Source: Bacteroidales bacterium (GTDB lineage Bacteria > Bacteroidota > Bacteroidia > Bacteroidales > UBA3824). From it: a DNA stretch of 64,000 nucleotides. A program made the translations under genes and the position numbers. Location of the stretch: assembly GCA_017412115.1 (NCBI GenBank), contig JAFPYR010000098.1, positions 37,171 through 101,170 on the forward strand, given 5' to 3'. Below, piece after piece: positions 46,610 to 54,572 of the stretch. Each line of letters begins with the position of its first letter. The stretch's first letter is position 1. The notes below the pieces were generated by a model that saw only the letters and a list, made by a program, of their open reading frames with translations, made no database searches and was not told where the DNA came from.

Positions 46610-47764
46610 TTAACTTTTTTTAACCCTTACGCTACTCGGTATGTTAACCACTCTGTCGGCGAAGTAAATCGTATTTTCCAAACCGTCGTTTTGACAATGC
46701 TCAAACATTGGCAGACGATTCATCAGTTCCCAAATTGGACGAGTCATTACGCCATTGTCGTTGCTGAATTGCAGAAAATCTTGCTGCATATCCTTGTCTT
46801 TCAAGATGATTGCATTGAGCCAATAATTACTGCGACAATCATCGGGTTCGCTGAAAAACTTGATATCAGGAACATTCTTGAAAAACTCCTTGTATGCCTC
46901 TGCCGTTTGTCGCTTGCTTTCGATGTAAGAGTCGATGTTTTCCAACTGTGCGCAGCCGAGGGCGGCATTGATGTTTGGCATACGGTAATTGTAGCCGATA
47001 TGGTCGTGGCGGAACTCCCAACGGTGCGGAATCTTTGCCTGAGTTGTGATGTGCTTGGCATACGCACCGAGTTTTTCGTCATTGAAAAGCATCATTCCGC
47101 CGCCGCCAGTAGTGATAGTCTTGTTGCCATTGAAACTCAACGCTCCAATCTTGCCGAATGTGCCTGTGTGTTTGCCCTTGTAAAGACTTCCAATGCTCTC
47201 GGCGGCATCTTCCACGAGTTCGATATGGTATTCGTTGCAGACCTCAACCAATTCGTCCAAATGGACGGGATGACCAAAAGTATGCATCGGGACACACGCT
47301 TTTACGCGACGATGTGTATTCTTGTTAAAACATTGATTGTCTTTGATTTCGGCGTTCTTTTCGAGCCAATTTCTTACTGCCGCCGGCGAAAGTCCCATCG
47401 TGTCCCTGTCAACATCAATGAAGACGGGAACAGCACCGATGTAACTCAAAGCGTTGCAGGTTGCAATAAAAGTCAGGGCTTGTGTCAACACTTCGTCGCC
47501 GCGCTCCACGCCCGCCAACATCAGCGAAATATGCAGTGCATTAGTGCCGCTCACGCATACAACCGCCCTCTTGCAGCCTGTAAACTTTGCAATGTCTTCT
47601 TCAAATCTGTCAACGAACTTGCCGACACTCGACACAAAAGTAGTGTCGATACATTCGTTGAGATATTTTTTCTCGTTACCCGCAAACACAGGCACCGACA
47701 GCGGGATGAAGTCGCCGCCGCCATACCATTCACGGATAAAGTCAGTTATTTTTTTGAATTCCAT
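46610..47764 (-). CDS. legC: LegC-family aminotransferase (UDP-4-amino-4,6-dideoxy-HexNAc transaminase)
   Basis: FIPLSVPVFAGNEKKYLNECIDTTFVSSVGKFVDRFEEDIAKFTG ... ALTFIATCNA ... ALSFNGNKTITTGGGGM. Confidence 0.85.
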   Translation of the reverse strand: MEFKKITDFIREWYGGGDFIPLSVPVFAGNEKKYLNECIDTTFVSSVGKFVDRFEEDIAKFTGCKRAVVCVSGTNALHISLMLAGVERGDEVLTQALTFIATCNALSYIGAVPVFIDVDRDTMGLSPAAVRNWLEKNAEIKDNQCFNKNTHRRVKACVPMHTFGHPVHLDELVEVCNEYHIELVEDAAESIGSLYKGKHTGTFGKIGALSFNGNKTITTGGGGMMLFNDEKLGAYAKHITTQAKIPHRWEFRHDHIGYNYRMPNINAALGCAQLENIDSYIESKRQTAEAYKEFFKNVPDIKFFSEPDDCRSNYWLNAIILKDKDMQQDFLQFSNDNGVMTRPIWELMNRLPMFEHCQNDGLENTIYFADRVVNIPSSVRVKKS

Positions 47765-47766
47765 TT

Positions 47767-48975
47767 TTACATTTTTTGGTCGAGGTTCTTACCCTTTTCT
47801 TCGTGTTGGAAATTGGGAATGAACCCTTTTATTGCGTCAACAACCTGACCTTTGGTAAAATCGGGTTTGCTGAAAATGTTTTCTAATTCTGTGAAGAAAC
47901 TGTTGATTTCGTTCATTGGACGGCGTGTGGTCTGTTCCACGACACCAAGTGCCGAAAACCTCTGCATATTGATTTTTTCGCCCGGCACAAAAAACTCCTC
48001 GTAAGCCTTTTCGCCAGTGGTGTCGCTTTTGAAATATACCACAGGGTATTTGTCGGAATCGTATGACATTTGGTCTGCATATTCCTTGGCAGCGTTATCA
48101 TTCTGACATTCAACCTTTTGAAATCCTTGTGCCTTTACGAAGTCATCGCAAACCGTTGAGAAAGTTAGCATTTGGTCTTCGCCGAGTTTTGGGAAGAAAA
48201 CCTCGCCGCCTTTGCCGAGAATACAAGCCAACATACATATCTGACCGCTTTCTTCGGGCGAAACGAAATATCTTTTTACGTCGTTTGGCGCAGCGAGAGG
48301 CTGTTTTTTCTGCAAACGGTGAATCCAACCGTCAGGCAGCGAACCATTGGAGAAAGCAACGTTGGCAAATCTTGCCGTAGTTACCTTGAAATGAACGTTG
48401 TATGCCATCACCAAATCTTCCATAATCCTTTTGCTTGCGCCCATAATGTTGACGGGGTTTGCAGCCTTGTCGGTGGAAACACAGAAAAAATGTTTCGGCG
48501 GATACACACAAAGCAAATCCATCAGTTTCTTCGCCTTGATGTCGTTGTTTTCGATAAGAGCCTGAACGGAGTATTTGTCTTTTTCGCTTCTGACGTGTTT
48601 GTGCGCCGAAAAATTGGCAACAATGTCAAAACCCTTCTCCTCTCTGAAAATCCTCTCGAAAATCGGGTCGGCAAAATTCAGAGTGTAACACCTAAATTCG
48701 TCGGGACAAAACAGCCCCAGTGTAGAACGCACATCCCTGACAAGTTCCGCCAAGCCGTTTTCGTTCAAATCGACAACGACCATACTTTGTGGTTCAAACC
48801 TCAGTACCGCCTTTATAAAAGACGATCCGATAGAACCTGCACCACCGATAACGCAGACTTTTTTGTCTTTGATTTCTCGGCTCAAAGCATCTTTATTAGC
48901 CTCAATATCAGGCAAAAACATACTTTCAGGACGGAAAGTAACGCTATCAGAAATGAATTTGTTAAGGTTGAACAT
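47767..48975 (-). CDS. NDP-sugar 4,6-dehydratase (CapD/PglF/LegB-like, soluble form)
   Basis: Rossmann motif VCVIGGAGSIGSSF ... FSAHKHVRSE ... STDKAANPVNIMGASKR. Start set at the first ATG (MFNLNKF); the tracked ORF starts at a TTG 21 nt upstream. Confidence 0.8.
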   Translation of the reverse strand: MFNLNKFISDSVTFRPESMFLPDIEANKDALSREIKDKKVCVIGGAGSIGSSFIKAVLRFEPQSMVVVDLNENGLAELVRDVRSTLGLFCPDEFRCYTLNFADPIFERIFREEKGFDIVANFSAHKHVRSEKDKYSVQALIENNDIKAKKLMDLLCVYPPKHFFCVSTDKAANPVNIMGASKRIMEDLVMAYNVHFKVTTARFANVAFSNGSLPDGWIHRLQKKQPLAAPNDVKRYFVSPEESGQICMLACILGKGGEVFFPKLGEDQMLTFSTVCDDFVKAQGFQKVECQNDNAAKEYADQMSYDSDKYPVVYFKSDTTGEKAYEEFFVPGEKINMQRFSALGVVEQTTRRPMNEINSFFTELENIFSKPDFTKGQVVDAIKGFIPNFQHEEKGKNLDQKM

Positions 48976-49084
48976 AAAATCACAATCAATTTGCAATAAA
49001 GCAAACTATTATAAAATAATGGATTAATAAAACTATTTTATGATAAAAATATTATTAACTAATGCTTTTACTTTCGTATCCACA

Positions 49085-49402
49085 TTAGCAATATAACCTC
49101 AAATATTTCCCTGCCCGTTCTCTCACCCAAGAATCTAAAAAATCCAATCTATCTTGAGACAAATTATATTTCGGGTGTTTTTTAAAACTGAAATTTAGAA
49201 GTTTTGATAGCATTTTTCGTTGCCTATGAGTAATTATTTTCATAACCAAGTCGTCAAAATCGCTATACAAAGCAGGGTGAATTGTCTTTGAATATTTTTT
49301 ATAATTTTTAATATCATCATCCATTGCATAACAAAATAACGACAATCCGTTGTCAAACAAAGGGGCTGATGATATTATTTCGTTTGTAGAATTATCAATC
49401 AA
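49085..49402 (-). pseudogene. C-terminal remnant of a HipA-like/kinase-fold gene (decayed)
   Basis: No ATG start (TTG directly after a TGA). APLFDNGLSLF resembles the aPxYD/FDN segment of HipA_C-type proteins. More coding-looking debris lies upstream (EILNFTRLCGAIYTDEINFEFHF, about 49471-49539) in another frame. Confidence 0.3.
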
Positions 49403-49648
49403 AAATCACGTCGAAAATTACTTTACATTTTCCTTCCTCCCCCTAAAAATTATAGTTTTCAGAGGTTTAATTTTTGGTTAGGAAAATGAAATTCAAAGTT
49501 TATTTCGTCCGTATAGATTGCTCCACAGAGTCTTGTAAAATTCAAGATTTCAAATGCAAAATTAGCATTTATATTTGAAAATAGGCATTAAATAAATGTT
49601 AAAATCATAAAATATTTTTTTTATGCGAAATTTTAAGAAAAAAATAAT

Positions 49649-49656
49649 TAACTTTG
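49649..49656 (+). promoter_or_regulatory. Bacteroidetes-type -7 box (TAACTTTG)
   Basis: A perfect TAnnTTTG, 16 nt upstream of the ATG at 49673. Confidence 0.45.
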
Positions 49657-49672
49657 CCCAAAATTTTTCAAG

Positions 49673-50839
49673 ATGAATAACGAACAAAATATTAACAATC
49701 AGGATAATAAATCCGATTTGAAAGAAAAAGATTTCCACGAAATCGTGATGAAACAATATGAACTGATTAATTCTCAGTTCAATACAATCCGTCAAATGCA
49801 AATCGATCAGGAAGAAAGAGATGCTGAATTTGACCTTTCACGTCTTATTCCGGGCTTTTTAAGAAAGAAAAAAGGCGAAAAAGAAAAAAATACTGAAAAA
49901 TGCAATAATTGTGGAAAATTTTTCTCAAAAGTTTTTAATTTCTGCTTATTAGCTTTCGTTAAAAACTTCATCTTAATATCGGCATTCACTATTATAGGTT
50001 TAATTTACGGCTGCGTAGTATTTTTTACGTCCGAAAAAATGTACGAAAGCAAAATCAAATTCGCCTCTGGTGCTCTTACCAATAGTTTTTTCTCAGAATC
50101 AATTGAAAAACTCGGCATCATGGCTAAAACAGCCCCCGATTATTTAGCAACAAAACTGAATCTTTCAAAAGATGAGGCTTCTAAAATAAAAGACATAAGA
50201 TTCAGTGATTTCACCAATTACAAAGCTACCAAAAAACGTATCGTAAATGACTCTACAATAGAAGAATACGATTATTACCCGTTTTTTGAAGTAACACTTT
50301 ATGTAAAAGACAATGCCGTTTTGGACAATGCTGAAAAATCTATTTTTAACTATCTTAACAACAATTCATACATTACAGACAGACTTTCAACAATGTCTGC
50401 CGGTATTAAATCGCAATTAGAAGACCTTAGAAACCAAACCGCAAATATGGATTCTCTTACTAAAGCCGCTATCAGCAGATTGCAAAATAGTAACGAAAAT
50501 CAATATTTTATAAAAGAAACCGGATTGGAAGGCAAAGGTATTATCCTCAATCAAGGTGAACCGATTTCTGGAATCATAAAATCGATTTTGGAGGATAACA
50601 AAAAAACATCAGCAAGAAAAGGTCTTCTGACAGAACAATTATCTGATATTACCAACGATAAATTCAAACTCGTAGAAAGCCACTCCATCAATAATAGTCC
50701 GGCTTTTCCGAAAATTTCAACCATAATATTATATTGTTTAGAAGGTATGGTATTAGGCTTTTTTGCCGCATTATTTAAAATAGCAGTAAAAAAACTCAAA
50801 AACAAAGCCTCTGAATTGGAAAAAACAATTTCATTATAA
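49673..50839 (+). CDS. Wzz-like polysaccharide co-polymerase (chain-length determinant) candidate
   Basis: PCP-like topology: a cytoplasmic N-terminus, TM1 (ILISAFTIIGLIYGCVVFF), a ~250-aa predicted periplasmic region, and a C-terminal TM (IILYCLEGMVLGFFAALFKIAV). Transcribed divergently from the glycan locus. No strong motif. Confidence 0.4.
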   Translation: MNNEQNINNQDNKSDLKEKDFHEIVMKQYELINSQFNTIRQMQIDQEERDAEFDLSRLIPGFLRKKKGEKEKNTEKCNNCGKFFSKVFNFCLLAFVKNFILISAFTIIGLIYGCVVFFTSEKMYESKIKFASGALTNSFFSESIEKLGIMAKTAPDYLATKLNLSKDEASKIKDIRFSDFTNYKATKKRIVNDSTIEEYDYYPFFEVTLYVKDNAVLDNAEKSIFNYLNNNSYITDRLSTMSAGIKSQLEDLRNQTANMDSLTKAAISRLQNSNENQYFIKETGLEGKGIILNQGEPISGIIKSILEDNKKTSARKGLLTEQLSDITNDKFKLVESHSINNSPAFPKISTIILYCLEGMVLGFFAALFKIAVKKLKNKASELEKTISL

Positions 50840-50933
50840 TTGTTCGGTTTGAGAATTTTTAATTATTTTAACAAATAATGGAACTCTTATTGCATTATAC
50901 ACATTATAAGAAAAAACCATTAATTTGACAAAA

Positions 50934-51869
50934 ATGAAAAAACTTATTTTAACCGCATTTTTTGCATTTTCATTGACAACATTGACGAATGCTCAAGAAT
51001 TGGATCAGACGGAAGCAATCAAAGAACAATTGTCGGATGCTCAGGTAACACAACTTACACAAGCAGAGGAACAAATTGCTAAAGCCGAGGCTTCGTTGGA
51101 AAAATGTGCCAAAAAACAAGCCGAGGCTGACAAATTGAAATCTCAAGCGGCAGGTCTTGCAAAAGGAAAAGCAAAAAAATTGCTTAAACAGGCGGAAAGC
51201 ATTGAAACACCTCTTATTGCTCAAAAAATCTCGGCTTATAACTCTTACGAAAAAGCCAATTCAACAATTTACGGAATTTATGCCGCAAATATCGCTGATT
51301 TAGCTTCGGCAGCATCCGACAAAAAAAGAGAAGCAGCACAAAGTCTGACTCAAGAGGCAACTAACTCTTGGTCGGCTGCCGCCGCTACTTTAAAAAAAGT
51401 CCCAAAGGACAAAAAAGCTGATCAAAAAAAGGTCGCAAAACTCAAAGAAGAGGCTTCAAGACAACAAAAAGAAGCCATTTCTCAACAAATTCAGACATAC
51501 GCTGTTTTGTTAGGCTGGTTTGACCAACCCTCAGAAACTACGGACAGACTCGATTCTGAACCGGATTACAGCAGTTTTGACGAGGCTCCGGTAGCAGTAG
51601 AAAGCACTGAAAGAATAATTTTCAAAGTTCAGATTGCTGCCGATGTAGTACCTCTGTCACTAAAAAAATTAAGAGAAATTTATCCCCAAAAAGAAATTAT
51701 AAACAACGAAGAAGATAACGGAATCTACAGATACTCAGTTGGTTATTACAACACGTACGAAGAGGCCGCTGAAGCTATAAAGAAAATGGGCGTTAAAGGC
51801 GCATTCGTTGTAGCTTACCGCAACGGAAAACGTGTTCCGCAAATCAACGAAGTCGTTCCAAAAGAGTAA
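50934..51869 (+). CDS. SPOR-domain protein with a coiled-coil/low-complexity N-terminal region
   Basis: Signal peptide (MKKLILTAFFAFSLTTLTNAQ). C-terminal SPOR-like fold (IFKVQIAA ... YRYSVGYYNTYEEAAEAIKKMGVKGAFVVAY). Confidence 0.65.
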   Translation: MKKLILTAFFAFSLTTLTNAQELDQTEAIKEQLSDAQVTQLTQAEEQIAKAEASLEKCAKKQAEADKLKSQAAGLAKGKAKKLLKQAESIETPLIAQKISAYNSYEKANSTIYGIYAANIADLASAASDKKREAAQSLTQEATNSWSAAAATLKKVPKDKKADQKKVAKLKEEASRQQKEAISQQIQTYAVLLGWFDQPSETTDRLDSEPDYSSFDEAPVAVESTERIIFKVQIAADVVPLSLKKLREIYPQKEIINNEEDNGIYRYSVGYYNTYEEAAEAIKKMGVKGAFVVAYRNGKRVPQINEVVPKE

Positions 51870-51871
51870 TA

Positions 51872-52726
51872 ATGAACACTTTAGAAAAAAAATTCACGCT
51901 TTGTTGCAACGGTAAAATTATCAGCTTGGAAGAGCCGAAAATAATGGGAATCGTAAACGCGACTCCCGATTCTTTTTACTCAAAAAGCAGATGCAACAGC
52001 GAAAAAGAAATCATTGAAAAAACACAAAAACCCCTCTTAGAAGGTGCAACATTCATTGATTTAGGAGCTTTCAGCACCAGACCGGGTTGTGAAAACATCC
52101 CTGAAGAAGAAGAGATCAAACGATTGGATTTCGCTCTGAAAATAATAACGGATAATTTTCCACAAGCTATTATTTCCGTTGATACTTTTAGAAGCAAAGT
52201 TGCAGAATTTTCTCTTGATAAATACGGCGTTGCTATTATCAACGATATTTCGGGCGGTATGCTCGATGAAAAAATCTTTGAAACAGTAGGAAAATATCAT
52301 GCTGCATATATCTTAATGCACATGAAAGGAAATCCTCAAAATATGCAACAATTCTGTGACTATCAAGATATTACAGCTGAAGTTACGGATTTTTTCATCC
52401 GTCAGAGCAAAAAAGCCGAGGCTATGGGAATCAATGACATTATACTTGACCCCGGATTCGGTTTTGCAAAAAATCTTGATCAAAATTACTTACTTATGAG
52501 CCAAATGGATAGTTTTAAAATTCTTCAAAAGCCGATTTTAGTAGGAATTTCACGCAAATCCATGCTCTTTAAGTTATTGAATATAACGCCGGAGGAAGCT
52601 TTAGAGGCAACTACGGCTCTGAACACGATTGCGCTCAACAAAGGTGCTAATATTTTACGTGTTCACGAGGTTAAACCAGCTTATCAAGCGGTAAAAATAT
52701 GCTCAAAAGCAAATTTTTTAGGATAA
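51872..52726 (+). CDS. folP: Dihydropteroate synthase
   Basis: IMGIVNATPDSFYS ... IDLGAFSTRPG ... ISVDT ... INDISGG ... LDPGFGFAK ... VGISRKS ... ILRVH. Confidence 0.92.
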   Translation: MNTLEKKFTLCCNGKIISLEEPKIMGIVNATPDSFYSKSRCNSEKEIIEKTQKPLLEGATFIDLGAFSTRPGCENIPEEEEIKRLDFALKIITDNFPQAIISVDTFRSKVAEFSLDKYGVAIINDISGGMLDEKIFETVGKYHAAYILMHMKGNPQNMQQFCDYQDITAEVTDFFIRQSKKAEAMGINDIILDPGFGFAKNLDQNYLLMSQMDSFKILQKPILVGISRKSMLFKLLNITPEEALEATTALNTIALNKGANILRVHEVKPAYQAVKICSKANFLG

Positions 52727-53358
52727 CTTTTTTTAAAACGGTTTTTATTGCTTCTCTTTTTAATACGCTGTTTTTTGCAAAAAGTTTTGCGCAAGACAGA
52801 TATTTGGAATTTAATTTCGGAGGAGCAATAAACTCCGCTTTCAATAACGGTGAAAACGGCAAAAAACTCTCTGACATTCAACTCGGGACGGTTGCCGGTG
52901 TCGCCTACGGTTATGATTTGCCCTTTGCTTTACTACCCCCGACAGTAAACACTTTCAAAATTTTCGGTGAAATTTATTATGCCGGAAAAGGCGAAAAATA
53001 TCGCCTTAAACACACACATGAAAAACTTGAAACATCAATATATTACGGAGGTTTCCGTCCGAGTTTAAGATTTTATATCCCGCCATTAGAAATAATGTAC
53101 GTCAGCATAGGAAATTATTTTGCCGTTGCAGCCAATCAAACGGGCGATTATAAATACAAAAAATTCGATTACGGCAATCTCTTAGGATTCGGAATCGAAA
53201 CCGGCAGAGATAACGTAAAAGTCAATGTTTCATTAACATACGAGCACGGACTGATGAACATTTCCAAGAAAAAAGAAATTGACATTAGAAACAGATGCCT
53301 CATATTAACTTTAGGAGCATCTTTTAGAATCGTAGACAAGTCATATAAGCATTATTAA
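52699..53358 (+). CDS. Small outer-membrane beta-barrel protein
   Basis: Signal peptide (FIASLFNTLFFAKSFAQ). Alternating strand pattern with Gly/Tyr-rich strands. Overlaps the folP end by 28 nt. Confidence 0.5.
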   Translation: MLKSKFFRITFFKTVFIASLFNTLFFAKSFAQDRYLEFNFGGAINSAFNNGENGKKLSDIQLGTVAGVAYGYDLPFALLPPTVNTFKIFGEIYYAGKGEKYRLKHTHEKLETSIYYGGFRPSLRFYIPPLEIMYVSIGNYFAVAANQTGDYKYKKFDYGNLLGFGIETGRDNVKVNVSLTYEHGLMNISKKKEIDIRNRCLILTLGASFRIVDKSYKHY

Positions 53359-53466
53359 AGACACAAAAAGATTTTCCCGTTCATAGTCATCCTTTAATAA
53401 TAAAAGACTTACAAACAGGAAAATCCGAAAAAAATCTTTATCTTGAAAATGCGTTATAAACTTATT

Positions 53467-53847
53467 TTAAAAGTTTATCATATTGATTTTCAAGCCTGTA
53501 TCGGTAATATAATCTTGAATAGCCTCTTCCAAATCAAGGTCTTCATTGTCATAATACCAATTTACCGTAACTTGACCTCCCTCGGTTTCGTATTTCTTCA
53601 AAATCTTAAAAATATCCAAAAGACTCTTGGTAGAACTCGTATTAAAATACGTAAGTTTACAATTGAAAACCAAAGGCAAACCGGTCTTCGTATACTCCCT
53701 AATCCATGAAATCAACGGGGCATAGAAAACATTAGTTTCCTCCAAAAAAGACTCACCTGAAATTTCGCAAACTCCGTTTTGATAATTAAAATCAACAGTC
53801 GGTACGAAATATCCGTCATGTGAACCCGGTATATGTATATTATCCAT
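53467..53847 (-). CDS. DUF1987 / SiaC-family regulatory phosphoprotein
   Basis: ISGESFLEETNVFYAPLISWIREY ... KLTYFNTSSTKSLLDIFKIL ... VTVNWYYDNEDLDLEEA is the DUF1987 signature layout. Confidence 0.8.
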   Translation of the reverse strand: MDNIHIPGSHDGYFVPTVDFNYQNGVCEISGESFLEETNVFYAPLISWIREYTKTGLPLVFNCKLTYFNTSSTKSLLDIFKILKKYETEGGQVTVNWYYDNEDLDLEEAIQDYITDTGLKINMINF

Positions 53848-53882
53848 AATTTTTATTAAAAACCTTTGTTTTAAAAAAGTTA

Positions 53883-54449
53883 TTATAAATTTCCTATTTT
53901 AGGAACTTTAATCTCTATTTTCAGGGTAATAAAATATTTGTCCCCATCCGTTTTGACGGACTCATAATAAAACCTCGAACAAGCCACAATAGCACTCTGA
54001 ACCAAACCGATGTTAGCATTCTCAGAAAAAGCAACGCCTTCTTTCATCAGTCTACGTTTGTACAAGTGCAACTCCTCTTTGTCGTTGTTTAATGAAGCTA
54101 TATTCACAAGCCTGTCCATCAACCGTTTATGATTTTGCCCCGAAGTCATATTGCCACTAACGATAGCGTAGCCGTCATTCGATTGACATATCGAAATGAA
54201 ACCCACACCTTCGTCATTGTCTCTTTCTACGGAGTAACGGTTAATATTCTGTGCTAATTCCACAAACACAAACCTCACCTTTTTTCTGATTAAAGACCCT
54301 TGCTCTATTAATTGCTCGCAATAGGTCTCAATCATTGAGAAAGGCACTACGCCAAAAGCTCCTTTGTACAGCATTATGTTTTTTCCATGTATGTCTTGAA
54401 TATCAGTCGATAAACGCAACATACTCTCGTGTCTTCCCAAAAAATCCAT
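53883..54449 (-). CDS. SiaB-like small kinase (GHKL/anti-sigma-kinase-like fold)
   Basis: 188 aa with an N-box-like FVELAQNINRYS. Positioned between a PP2C phosphatase and a DUF1987 gene, as in siaABC. Confidence 0.55.
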   Translation of the reverse strand: MDFLGRHESMLRLSTDIQDIHGKNIMLYKGAFGVVPFSMIETYCEQLIEQGSLIRKKVRFVFVELAQNINRYSVERDNDEGVGFISICQSNDGYAIVSGNMTSGQNHKRLMDRLVNIASLNNDKEELHLYKRRLMKEGVAFSENANIGLVQSAIVACSRFYYESVKTDGDKYFITLKIEIKVPKIGNL

Positions 54450-54572
54450 AATAGTTTAAGAGTTGTTTTTGCTTTTGCAAATATAAAATATATTTTTCGG
54501 TAATCACAACAAGTTTTCAATTTTTTTTTGAAAAAAACTGAAATTTATTGCAGCAATCTGATTTTGACCGTT

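Noticed and set aside
46691-48999. Very long plus-strand ORFs (385 aa at 46691-47848, 122 aa at 47454-47822, 275 aa at 48172-48999) antisense to legC and the dehydratase gene.
   Set aside because: Their translations are low-complexity and Arg/His/Val/Phe-rich with no recognisable motif. The minus-strand genes carry clear LegC and Rossmann-dehydratase signatures. The open antisense frames are a by-product of the locally higher G+C content.
48997-49672. Search for a Bacteroides-type invertible promoter (inverted repeats flanking a promoter, nearby serine/tyrosine recombinase) upstream of the glycan locus and in the 23379-23763 gap.
   Set aside because: I found no pair of inverted repeats bracketing a promoter-sized segment. 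The only perfect inverted repeat (23511-23547) encloses just 15 nt. No recombinase gene is in the window.
53370-53425. Possible terminator hairpin (GATTTTCCCGTT ... AACAGGAAAATC) between the convergent OMP and SiaC-like genes.
   Set aside because: The stem has a mismatch and a ~32-nt loop. A T-run follows only on the minus strand. This is too weak to call as a feature.
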